IMG/VR virus record: IMGVR_UViG_3300050821_009413
Span: 81,490-145,489 of that record
DNA length: 64,000 nucleotides
Reading direction: 5' to 3' (one strand)
Origin: a virus
Lineage: Duplodnaviria > Heunggongvirae > Uroviricota > Caudoviricetes
Shown: positions 36,647-45,070 of the stretch, in pieces
Layout: each line of letters starts with the position of its first letter
Numbering within the stretch: the first letter of the stretch is position 1
The notes under the pieces: model-generated
Databases searched by the model: none
The model's input: the letters and a program-made list of their open reading frames with translations, nothing else
What the model was told of the DNA's origin: nothing
Position numbers and translations under genes: made by a program

Positions 36647-36678
36647 CAGAACTCCTTAAGGTTGATCGTTGATCATTT

Positions 36679-36713
36679 GGGTGGACGGCGGGGACGCGCC
36701 TCGCCGTCCACCC
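36679..36713. repeat. GC-hairpin repeat copy (short loop)
   Basis: GGGTGGACGGCGG-ggacgcgcctcg-CCGTCCACCC. Confidence 0.4.
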
Positions 36714-36722
36714 AAGACCGAC

Positions 36723-37652
36723 TTAGTGCTGCCCGCCCTGGGGGACCACATAGGTTGGCTGATACGGGTTGAGGCCCTGCTTCACCGCCAACGCTTTTAG
36801 ATACGCGTCGATACTGCCGTACCCGTTGATCTCAGCCTGCTGCTGCAACGCTTTCTGCTGCGCCAGCTTCGTTTGAGCTTCAGCAGCGGCAACCTCAGCA
36901 TCCGCCTTCGCCCTGTCGGCGTTAGCTTCAGCGACGCCCTGGGCTTGCAAAGCCTGCGCACGCTGCACAGCAGCCTGCTGCGCCTCGATGGCGTTCTTCA
37001 AGTCGGGATTAACCGGAGTCGGCTTCAGCACAGTCACCTGGAAGTTCGAGAAGTACTCTGTGCCGTTGGTGCGGGCCTTAGACGCCAGCGGCAGCTGCTT
37101 GTCGATCTCCGTACGGAACTCGGTGCGAACCTCCTCGCTGTTCCAGATCTCCTGCCACGGATACTTCTGAGCCACACCGTTGAGCGTGTCCTGGAGAGGC
37201 TGGCCGATGACGTGATTGATGAGCGCTTTCCATCCGTCGCTCTCAGAGCCGTCGTCGTTGAGCGTCCCGTTGTATCCGGCGGCGAACTCTGAATAAAACT
37301 TCTTCAGCTTGTCGCAGTCCTGGGTCAGATCGAACGTCACCGACACTGGAACATCCATCTCCGCCGGGGCTTTAGCTGATGCGACAACCACGTACGGTCC
37401 CCTGTTGGGTTTCGCGTTGGGGTCGTTGCTGGCGTTCCACGCGATCTGGCGTGCGGGGAACTTGAACACCTCGTTGAAAGCTTCGTTCTTCGTCTCCGAA
37501 GGTTTGATGCACTCGGTGAGATTATGGTCGGCACCGGGGAACATCGACCCGTTCTGGACCACGGCCTGCTCAGCTGGACCCATGGCGTGATACGCGCATC
37601 CTGACAGACTGATCGCCGCGGCTGCGGCGATCGTCACTATCTTGGTTTTCAT
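36723..37652 (-). CDS. lipoprotein with Ala/Gln-rich coiled-coil C-terminus
   Basis: LSGC is a lipobox after an N-terminal signal sequence. The C-terminal AIEAQQAAVQRAQALQAQGVAEANADRAKADAEVAAAEAQ is coiled-coil-like (SPFH-like tail). Confidence 0.5.
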   Translation of the reverse strand: MKTKIVTIAAAAAISLSGCAYHAMGPAEQAVVQNGSMFPGADHNLTECIKPSETKNEAFNEVFKFPARQIAWNASNDPNAKPNRGPYVVVASAKAPAEMDVPVSVTFDLTQDCDKLKKFYSEFAAGYNGTLNDDGSESDGWKALINHVIGQPLQDTLNGVAQKYPWQEIWNSEEVRTEFRTEIDKQLPLASKARTNGTEYFSNFQVTVLKPTPVNPDLKNAIEAQQAAVQRAQALQAQGVAEANADRAKADAEVAAAEAQTKLAQQKALQQQAEINGYGSIDAYLKALAVKQGLNPYQPTYVVPQGGQH

Positions 37653-37972
37653 TTACTCTCTTTCGATTGAGGGGTAATCGTCCCCGGGTTGAGGATCGAC
37701 TGGGTGGTTCTCTCGATCAACTTCTCTGTGTATTCGTCGTCTTCGCGACGCAGCAACTTACGGGCGTGAGCGCGACGCTCACTCCTTGATAGCCACAGCT
37801 CCGGCTCATGTAAACCAGCTATACGGCGCTTGAGTCTGAAACGATCCACTGTCGCGTAGATCGTCCAGGAAATCCAGAGCACGACAACGATCATTAGTAC
37901 GAGACGGATCATCAGAACTCCTTGAGGTTGTTGATCATGTAGGTGAACACTGGTTGATGCGCGGTGGCGCAC
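37649..37972 (-). CDS. small membrane protein
   Basis: 107 aa with an N-terminal TM helix and an Arg-rich tail. Confidence 0.35.
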   Translation of the reverse strand: MRHRASTSVHLHDQQPQGVLMIRLVLMIVVVLWISWTIYATVDRFRLKRRIAGLHEPELWLSRSERRAHARKLLRREDDEYTEKLIERTTQSILNPGTITPQSKESK

Positions 37973-38769
37973 CCGACGCGGTTATGTCCAGGGTGTGTAT
38001 CGGTGGTGTAGATGTATCGGTAGTGGTCGCGGAGGTTCGGTGCGTTGCCGGAGAAAATGCCGTGCGTGATCCACAAGCCGAGTTGTTCTTTCGGCAGTCC
38101 GGTGGCTTGGGCGAGTCCCATGAATGTGCCGCCGCCGTCGCAAATGTCGTCCACTACTAGGTATTTTCCGGATTTGGGTAGTTTGTCGACCATTTTGATT
38201 CCGTTGATGCGTCCGGTTTCTTCGTCGCGGTCTTTGTCTGCCCGGTACATGTCGACGCCGAGGGCGGTCGCGGTTGTGGCTGCTCGTTCGACTGCGCCTT
38301 TGTCCGGCGCGATCACGGCGTGGTAGCCGTCGTAGCCGGCGCTGTTTTTTAGCGCTCGCTGCACCAGCGGAACTGGTGACAACTCGGTCAGCTTCCGTAG
38401 GTGGCGGTGAACGATCGGGCTGTGCGCATCAATCCCGATGACTTGTTGCGGGTTCATGGAGTTGATCAGTTGGGAGTAGGTGGCCACCCCGACGGGCTGC
38501 CCGGCCATCGGTCGGTCCGACCTGGCTGCCGGCAGGTACGGCAGGAACAGCATGAACGGTGCCTGCCGTTGGTGTGCCACGTCGGCGAACAACGCTGCCT
38601 GCACCAGGTCGTCGGCGGATCGGAACCGCACATCAGCGATCCACACCGCCGCGGGGTCGCGCACATCAGCCAGGTTGCGTAGGTGCCACTCGCCGCCCGG
38701 ATACTGAAACGGCTCCGCAGCACCATGAATGTAGTCGCCCGGAAGTTTCACCGAAAAATGTGTGGTCAC
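37912..38769 (-). CDS. ribose-phosphate pyrophosphokinase (Prs/PRPP synthetase) family protein; alternatively an Adps-type ADP-ribose pyrophosphate synthetase
   Basis: LPYLPAARSDR parallels Prs IPYFGYARQDR. VIAPDKGAVERA parallels VVSPDIGGVVRA. The PRPP-binding LVVDDICDGGGT parallels VLVDDMIDTGGT. ITHGIFSGNA parallels ATHPIFSGNA. Confidence 0.8.
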   Translation of the reverse strand: MTTHFSVKLPGDYIHGAAEPFQYPGGEWHLRNLADVRDPAAVWIADVRFRSADDLVQAALFADVAHQRQAPFMLFLPYLPAARSDRPMAGQPVGVATYSQLINSMNPQQVIGIDAHSPIVHRHLRKLTELSPVPLVQRALKNSAGYDGYHAVIAPDKGAVERAATTATALGVDMYRADKDRDEETGRINGIKMVDKLPKSGKYLVVDDICDGGGTFMGLAQATGLPKEQLGLWITHGIFSGNAPNLRDHYRYIYTTDTHPGHNRVGCATAHQPVFTYMINNLKEF

Positions 38770-39164
38770 AGCAGCATCAGCTCCCCGGTTATAGGATCGA
38801 GCGCCTCATCTGTATCGGGTCCGATGGCGCAGCACGTGATTGTTGGAACCCCGTTGAATTCGGTGAGTCCGGAGTCGGTGACCAGGAACTCGATCAGGCC
38901 AGCGTCTTTGGCGGCCTGATGAATGGCCAGTAGCTTCTCTTCGCTGTCCGCGCGGACACAGATCTTCTTGAAAGGGCCAGCTAGCCACTCTTCGATCTTG
39001 CGTTCATGGTCGCGGCGAATCTGGTCGTAAGGATCGGAGATCTCGGTGAGATACGGCAGCACCGCACCCAGCGACGCGTGTGCGGCCTGGGCGCACATTT
39101 TTCCTTTACGCATGCCAAGGTCGCTCCGCATCACAATGATTTGCTTAATATCTTCACCCCTCAT
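38766..39164 (-). CDS. peptidyl-tRNA hydrolase, PTH2 family (start uncertain)
   Basis: IVMRSDLGMRKGKMCAQAAHASLGA parallels the PTH2 motif VVRTDLKMGKGKIAAQCSHAALG. The core is about 125 aa. Confidence 0.65.
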   Translation of the reverse strand: MRGEDIKQIIVMRSDLGMRKGKMCAQAAHASLGAVLPYLTEISDPYDQIRRDHERKIEEWLAGPFKKICVRADSEEKLLAIHQAAKDAGLIEFLVTDSGLTEFNGVPTITCCAIGPDTDEALDPITGELMLL

Positions 39165-39360
39165 TCCAAAAGTCTTTACGGTTCGCGAGTCTTCGTGCCC
39201 GTTCTTTGCATGACTCAACCTCGTATGGTTCCATTCCTTCGGCGATCTGTTCGGCCATGTCCGCGGCTTCTGCCGCCGCCTGGTCATCGGGGGCGACGAT
39301 CCCCAAATACAACGCAAGGGTTAGGGCGTCGTGTTGTGCATCGTTGACTGGTTCATTCAT
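39154..39360 (-). CDS. hypothetical acidic small protein
   Basis: 68 aa. Confidence 0.3.
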   Translation of the reverse strand: MNEPVNDAQHDALTLALYLGIVAPDDQAAAEAADMAEQIAEGMEPYEVESCKERARRLANRKDFWNEG

Positions 39361-39379
39361 CTTCTACTCCTCTTTCTGG

Positions 39380-39432
39380 TCCGGGGACGGCGAACACGAG
39401 CTGGGAAACATGGCTTGCCTGGCCGTCCCCGG
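39380..39432. repeat. GC-hairpin repeat copy
   Basis: TCCGGGGACGGCG...GGCCGTCCCCGG. Confidence 0.5.
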
Positions 39433-39436
39433 TGGC

Positions 39437-39889
39437 TCATTTAATGTCCTCCCCGACCGACAGTAGCCGCAGCACCGGCAGGTGCCGCAGATGAGCGGTG
39501 ATGTGCGGGAGGTGGCGCATAAGGTGAGCGAACCTCGCTATCCGCAGGATCCGCAGCGCGGTCAGGTTCTCGCCCAACGGCAGCGCGGCCAGGCCGACGA
39601 TCAGGATGTCGGCGACGAGCCAGAAATCGCTCCACCCGCGCCATCCGCCCCAACCCGTTTTGATTCGGGACCAGATTTTGATGGTAACTTCAGCGACGAA
39701 GAACCACACGATCGTGGTGTCGATCATCTCGAGAATGTCATCATGCTTGAACTCTAGCCATGCTGCGACGAGGAAGTTGATGAGGATAGCGGCGATGACG
39801 ACGCGGTTGAACCAGCTGTGGTGTTTGGTGGTGACAGCTGCGTCGTGGGTGGTCAAGGTTACTCCTGTCTGTTCCAGTGTTTGTGCCAT
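39437..39889 (-). CDS. voltage-sensor domain (S1-S4) only membrane protein, Ion_trans-like without pore domain
   Basis: There are four TM helices. S2 FFVAEVTIKIW matches the F-x-x-E-x-x-x-K motif. S3 carries WSDFWLVADILIV. S4 LRILRIARFAHLMRHL has Arg at every third position. Confidence 0.6.
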   Translation of the reverse strand: MAQTLEQTGVTLTTHDAAVTTKHHSWFNRVVIAAILINFLVAAWLEFKHDDILEMIDTTIVWFFVAEVTIKIWSRIKTGWGGWRGWSDFWLVADILIVGLAALPLGENLTALRILRIARFAHLMRHLPHITAHLRHLPVLRLLSVGEDIK

Positions 39890-40069
39890 CCCATAATTAT
39901 ATCACACCGGGCTGGCACCCTATGGTGGGTGAGGGCAACTCTTTGGCGGAAACCAGGATTGGAAAATCCTCCCCCGACTCCCACCAAAACATTGCCGTTA
40001 CTCAACGTTTACAACCGGAGTGGCGACAAATATTTGGAGATCATTCATGGTCTGGCCGCTCCGGAAGTC

Positions 40070-40327
40070 TCAATGCCCCAACAAATACGCCGCCAAAACG
40101 CCGTCAGTATAAATAAACAGGCCGGCAGTAACCATAAGAAAATATTGCCTAGTCGTGATGTTCCCGTCAGCACCGGGCTGGGTAAGTCCAACGGTTCGCG
40201 CGACCCACACCACACTTCCGATGATGACCAGCGCCGACACCATCAACCAAGCACCGTTCATTCTTCCCACTCGCCTTCGTGTACGGTGCGGCCACCGAGC
40301 GGCAACGACCGCCCGGTGAGTATCCAC
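40070..40327 (-). CDS. small membrane protein
   Basis: 85 aa with two hydrophobic helices. Confidence 0.3.
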   Translation of the reverse strand: MDTHRAVVAARWPHRTRRRVGRMNGAWLMVSALVIIGSVVWVARTVGLTQPGADGNITTRQYFLMVTAGLFIYTDGVLAAYLLGH

Positions 40328-40478
40328 ACAGTGTGTTCCCGCAGATCGCAGCGAACCGCGTTGTCTTCAACGGTGAAGTGTTCGGGCGGGTCAGCCAAGA
40401 ATTCGTCCGAGAAGTAAAGGCGTCGGCATTCAGTGAATGGCCTGCCTTCTTGGTCTTCTGGCCTGTAGATGCCGATGC

Positions 40479-40712
40479 TCACAGTGCCGATTTGTGGTAG
40501 TCGAACATTTGGGACCAGACAGCATATTCTTCGGATACGGCGAGACTCACGGTGCGCAGTGCGCCCAGCAGATCTCGTAGTACTTCGTCGGCGTCCGCGT
40601 CGGCGGCTTCTTTTACCGCGGCTTCGAGGTTGCCTCGGGCCATCTCTAGGTTCCTGTTAGCGTCCAGCAGGTGGCCTCTCATCGCGAGGGCTTGGTTGAT
40701 GTCGTCGCTCAT
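40479..40712 (-). CDS. hypothetical small helical protein
   Basis: 77 aa. Confidence 0.35.
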   Translation of the reverse strand: MSDDINQALAMRGHLLDANRNLEMARGNLEAAVKEAADADADEVLRDLLGALRTVSLAVSEEYAVWSQMFDYHKSAL

Positions 40713-40778
40713 GCTTTTTGTCCTTTCGTTTTCGGTTTTTGGTTTCCTCCCCCGGCCCCACCCAAAACATTACCGTTA

Positions 40779-41018
40779 CTAGATTTCCTGTTCGCGCACG
40801 TAACGGTACATAACCGTAGCTGCACGATCCGATATGTCGACACCTCTGACGAACAGGAAGTCCTCAAGGCTGTCCATATTGACGGCGCGACCCGCTAGGC
40901 CCACGTAATCCAGGTATTCGTCCCACAGGTCATCCAATTGACCCTGCTGGTACTCATGAAAGCTGTCCCCGCCGATCTCGATCATTAGTCGCCCCAGTCG
41001 AAGATGCGGCCAACCCAC
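40779..41018 (-). CDS. hypothetical small protein
   Basis: 79 aa, acidic. Confidence 0.35.
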   Translation of the reverse strand: MGWPHLRLGRLMIEIGGDSFHEYQQGQLDDLWDEYLDYVGLAGRAVNMDSLEDFLFVRGVDISDRAATVMYRYVREQEI

Positions 41019-41230
41019 TTAGAGTCGGCGGCTTCCAGGATCGTGACAGTGTAATAACTGCCCACATCCTTACCGATGCCGTGCCCGTCGCCGGTGAACT
41101 CGTACAGATAGTCACCCATTTCTTCCGCTTCCGCATCATCATCCAAATCAACGAACTCAACGTCCTGAACCACGATCGTTCTCTCGGACTCATGCCCGTC
41201 CGAATAGGCGTTCTCAACCTTAATTTTCAT
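40985..41230 (-). CDS. hypothetical small protein
   Basis: 81 aa, acidic. Confidence 0.35.
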   Translation of the reverse strand: MKIKVENAYSDGHESERTIVVQDVEFVDLDDDAEAEEMGDYLYEFTGDGHGIGKDVGSYYTVTILEAADSKWVGRIFDWGD

Positions 41231-41456
41231 CGTCTATCTCCAATCCGTCGAACCAGTCGGTCCAGCCTTCGCCGTAGTGTCGCCACTCCCACGAATCAAC
41301 AACAGAGTTGTATAGCTGATCGGTTGGTTCCGGTTCGGTGACGCCTTTGAGTGTAAGAACGTCATCGACCGTCACGATGCTCACGCACAGGTCGAACCGC
41401 TCCGCTATCTTGGTGATCTCGTTGATAGCATCGAACTTATCAGCCGGATACTTCAC
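41220..41456 (-). CDS. hypothetical small protein
   Basis: 78 aa. Confidence 0.35.
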   Translation of the reverse strand: MKYPADKFDAINEITKIAERFDLCVSIVTVDDVLTLKGVTEPEPTDQLYNSVVDSWEWRHYGEGWTDWFDGLEIDDEN

Positions 41457-41745
41457 CGTATACCTCCGTTAATTCCCAATCGCCTACGTCGATGATCTCC
41501 CAGCCCTGGGCGTCGTCCACTAGCCTGTCGTTCAGGTCCATCTCTTGAGGCGTCCTGTAATTCCGTGCGATGGCGGCGATCCGCATACCGAGTTCACGGT
41601 CAGACATCACCTCCCGGCCATCTGGACTGTTAGCGCCGCGCACATCTTCATCACCAGCCGCCAGCAACAGTTCGATAGCCTGCTCGCGGGTGTAGGACGC
41701 CCGGTAAACAACCTCACAAACCTGGGTCAGCAGGATGCTTCCCAT
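41440..41745 (-). CDS. hypothetical protein
   Basis: 101 aa. Confidence 0.35.
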   Translation of the reverse strand: MGSILLTQVCEVVYRASYTREQAIELLLAAGDEDVRGANSPDGREVMSDRELGMRIAAIARNYRTPQEMDLNDRLVDDAQGWEIIDVGDWELTEVYGEVSG

Positions 41746-42084
41746 CTATAGTTCTCCTCTCACTTCTGCGATGTGGTGCCTGTTGGCGCGGCGCATCACC
41801 TGGTGCCAGGACACATTGGTTGCGTCGCACAGATGTTTCAAGTCGGTCACCAGATCGCTGATGATGGTTTCCAGCTCGTCTTCCGCGCCCATTCCGGTGG
41901 TGTCGGCGAACAACACCACCGATTTGGCCGCCCAGGAAGCCCGCGCAATGTTGTCGCCCTCCGGGCTGCCGGGTGCCGGCATGATCGGAAACCGGCGCAA
42001 ACCGTCCAAATCTCGAAACGGGGTTCGCGCTCTAAACATTCTCGGCATCAGCAGTTCTCCGGATCGTACGGGTTGGGGGTGCAT
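41746..42084 (-). CDS. hypothetical protein
   Basis: 112 aa. Confidence 0.35.
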   Translation of the reverse strand: MHPQPVRSGELLMPRMFRARTPFRDLDGLRRFPIMPAPGSPEGDNIARASWAAKSVVLFADTTGMGAEDELETIISDLVTDLKHLCDATNVSWHQVMRRANRHHIAEVRGEL

Positions 42085-42452
42085 ACCGGTTCACCGTCAT
42101 ACAAACCCGGTGTCGCTGCTTCCCGCTCTGTTGTGGTCATGCAGTCATCCCAACCGGCCTGATGGCCGCGGCCCCATGCTTCGCTCATCTGCCGCATCGG
42201 GCGATAGTCCGTCTCGGTGAACCCGACGTGGTAGCGGCCTTTCCGTTTCAGGACTTCGAACAGCTCGCTGTCGCTTTCTCCGACCACTTTCACGCCGTCT
42301 TCGTCGGCCCACCGCCGCAGTTCACGGCGGAACGTACTCCGCAAAAACGCCACACCGGACTCGTAAGAGTCGTGCAACGTCACGTTCGGGCTGTACGACG
42401 GGTTATCCGCATACACGACCGTCGTCGCCCACACATTCCCTACCGAAGGCAT
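42048..42452 (-). CDS. hypothetical protein
   Basis: 134 aa. Confidence 0.4.
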   Translation of the reverse strand: MPSVGNVWATTVVYADNPSYSPNVTLHDSYESGVAFLRSTFRRELRRWADEDGVKVVGESDSELFEVLKRKGRYHVGFTETDYRPMRQMSEAWGRGHQAGWDDCMTTTEREAATPGLYDGEPVCTPNPYDPENC

Positions 42453-42653
42453 CTATTGGTCTCCTTTCTTGTAGTCTCGTTCCAGTTCAGGCATCCAAAA
42501 CATGCCGCACAGCGGGCAGTCGATGAACCCGTCGCTGGAACGGATAAACGGAACCATCCTGCCGCAACCAAGTATGGTGTGCAGCCGTCCGGTCGCATCG
42601 AACGGATCATCGGGACACCGAATCATCTCCGGCATCACCACCGCAGGCTTCAT
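42453..42653 (-). CDS. small zinc-ribbon-like protein
   Basis: CPDDPF...CGRMVPFIRSSDGFIDCPLCG. Confidence 0.35.
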   Translation of the reverse strand: MKPAVVMPEMIRCPDDPFDATGRLHTILGCGRMVPFIRSSDGFIDCPLCGMFWMPELERDYKKGDQ

Positions 42654-42885
42654 CTCTTAAGCGCCCCGACCAGACCGTTGTGTTGACGGTAAACGCCTAC
42701 CACAAACCGCTGTTCGCCCTGATTGTCGAGTGCGTAGTGACGCTCAAGCGCGTCCTGCGGACCGGTCGCGTCGTAGATGTAACGCTCGCCGGTCTCATCA
42801 ACCACGATAAAACGCATAAAACGCAACATAGCAGTGTCCTTCTATCACGTGTAAGATCGAAAGTGCCGCGTCCCCGGCTTAAACC

Positions 42886-43953
42886 TCAGTTGGCGAGGAT
42901 CCGCCAAGCGTCGGCCTTTAAGCCGATGCTGGACTGTGCCGCGGTGATGGTTCGGACAGCGCGTGCGCCGGCCTCGTCACCACCAGCGCCACGCACACCC
43001 TGATAATGGTCAACGTATTCTGTGACTGCGTTGTAAAAACCCCAACGGGTGCCGCCGATGCTGCCGGCGATCGTGTCCGAAGTTGTGAACAAGTCGAACA
43101 GCGCGTCCGCGGTGTTGCTGCGCATGGTGTATGCCCGGGTGCCCGGTTCGGCATCGCCGAGCTTCACGAGCTTCTCGGCGGTCGCCATGGCCTCGTTGTT
43201 CGACATTTCCATCGCGTAGAGGCGCTGAACTTCCGCTTCGAAAGCTTCCTCGTACTTGAACGCGAGGCCGATAGCGCGCCGCGCTTCCTGTAAGGCGTCA
43301 GCCCAGTTTGCTGTGTGCCTGATTTTGAATGAGGAGACGGCGCTGGAGATTGCGGCGCTCTGCGTGTTGGCACAAACTATCCGGACAGGTGTGATGAGTC
43401 CGGTGATCGCGGTGGAACCGTCGTGGCTGTTGAGCAGCGCGAAGTAGAACCTTGTCACGTCCACACCGGAGCGCGTCATCAGTTCCATGGTGCTCGGCAG
43501 AAACATGGTAAGAAACACTTGAGTGTATCCACGCAGCGAGCCGGCTGTTTGCCAGTTGGATTGGCCTAGTTCGTCCACCATCGCTTCGCCGAAGACGGCG
43601 AGGGCTTCGTTTTGTGCGTGTTCGTAGCGTTCACCGACGGTTGCGGGCATTGGTTGCACTTTGCCTGTGACCGGGTTGTCGAACACGACGCCGTATCGGC
43701 TTGGCACTTCGGCGGTTCCGAGGCCTTCGCCGAGTTCGGCCCAGAGCGGTACTTTCCGGACGTTCCAGTTTGCTAGGTGTCCGGCTTCGAGTGCTTCTTG
43801 CGCGGTCATGTCGTGGCCGACTGCGGTGCCGCAGCGGTGCCAGGCGTCGACTCTGCCGTCGCGGGCGCGGGAGTCGGCGAAGGAGTAGATGTTGTTTGTT
43901 ACTGATAGTTCTGCGGGCATGGTGTGTTCCCTTTCATGTGGGTGTTGTTGCAT
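42886..43953 (-). CDS. hypothetical protein (phage/plasmid DUF932-like size and composition, tentative)
   Basis: 355 aa, globular, with no catalytic motif I can recognise. Confidence 0.45.
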   Translation of the reverse strand: MQQHPHEREHTMPAELSVTNNIYSFADSRARDGRVDAWHRCGTAVGHDMTAQEALEAGHLANWNVRKVPLWAELGEGLGTAEVPSRYGVVFDNPVTGKVQPMPATVGERYEHAQNEALAVFGEAMVDELGQSNWQTAGSLRGYTQVFLTMFLPSTMELMTRSGVDVTRFYFALLNSHDGSTAITGLITPVRIVCANTQSAAISSAVSSFKIRHTANWADALQEARRAIGLAFKYEEAFEAEVQRLYAMEMSNNEAMATAEKLVKLGDAEPGTRAYTMRSNTADALFDLFTTSDTIAGSIGGTRWGFYNAVTEYVDHYQGVRGAGGDEAGARAVRTITAAQSSIGLKADAWRILAN

Positions 43954-44217
43954 CTTGCAACGCGGCTGGTTTTCTACCGTATACCTCTAATTATACGGCA
44001 ATCTTGGTGTTATGTCAAGTGGACGTATATGCCAACAATAGTAGAATCCTGTAGCTAAGTCCTCTTGAGGCTCGTCACGTAAGCTTCTATTTCACGATTG
44101 GTTCCGTCTAACAGGACATACGCGAGGCGGTCGCCGGCAGTCCACCAGGTGGACTGGACGACACCCGTCTCACCGGTGGTCCCAATCACCACACGGGAAC
44201 CCTTACGAATCGTGAGA

Positions 44218-44439
44218 TTATGCAGAGTCATCGGCGGCCTCCTCGACGCTGTCCACCAGCTCTTCGGCGCAGTCGGCGATATCCTCGCGCCAGTCGGTCA
44301 TTCCGTAGTCGTAGTCGTGGTAGTCGCCCTTTTCTATGTCGGCTTCGCAGGATTTAGCGAAAGCGCGCATGCCGTCTATGCTTTTCTGCAGCGCGTTAAG
44401 GGCACCTTTGCTTAATGTGACAGTGACCCTGTTTTCCAT
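44218..44439 (-). CDS. hypothetical small acidic protein
   Basis: 73 aa. Confidence 0.3.
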   Translation of the reverse strand: MENRVTVTLSKGALNALQKSIDGMRAFAKSCEADIEKGDYHDYDYGMTDWREDIADCAEELVDSVEEAADDSA

Positions 44440-44609
44440 GTGCTCTCCTCTCTAGTTTTCTGGTGTGTCCCATTCGTGTGGATGGAACATTTCCCACTGG
44501 TCACGGCCTCGGGCCGTGGTGAACGCTTTGAGTGAGCAGCATCCGTCGCAGATCCCGAGGAAGTAATCCGGGTCGCCAATCCCGATCGGAGGGTCGGTGA
44601 TCCTGCCGC

Positions 44610-45062
44610 TCATGAGCCGGCCTTTGGTGGCCAGTTGTCGGTGCCGTCCGGTGTCCACACCAAAGATGTGTCTTCGTAGACGTATGTCCGTTTGACGACC
44701 GCCATAGGCGAGCCGGCGAGGAACAGGACGGTGGCGTCTCGTTTCGCTATTTCGAAGTCCTGGTATTCGTAGTCGTTTTCGGTGTCGTCTAGGTCTACGA
44801 GGACGTAGCGATATATGTCGTTCATCGCACGACTCCCGCCAGGCCTAGGACGATCATGGTCGCCATGGCCGCGAACGGCGCGATAGCTAGCGTGACCAGT
44901 AGCCGCCGTTTCCACGCGGGGAGCGAGTAAATGTAGCGAAGATATTCTTCGTCGGTCATCCCGTCGCCGTAGATACTCATTCTTGATGTTCCTTCCAGTA
45001 GTCGTAGTCTCCGGCGCTAGGATCGAGTAGATCGCCCCACCGCCCGGCTTCTTCGTCTTCAA
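44610..45062 (-). CDS. hypothetical protein with N-terminal hydrophobic segment
   Basis: 150 aa. Confidence 0.35.
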   Translation of the reverse strand: MKTKKPGGGAIYSILAPETTTTGRNIKNEYLRRRDDRRRISSLHLLAPRVETAATGHASYRAVRGHGDHDRPRPGGSRAMNDIYRYVLVDLDDTENDYEYQDFEIAKRDATVLFLAGSPMAVVKRTYVYEDTSLVWTPDGTDNWPPKAGS

Positions 45063-45070
45063 AGTCCGGT

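Noticed and set aside
783-39432. CRISPR array interpretation of the GC-hairpin repeats
   Set aside because: The repeats are internally palindromic and irregularly spaced, hundreds to thousands of bp apart, with genes between them. They are not direct repeats with uniform spacers.
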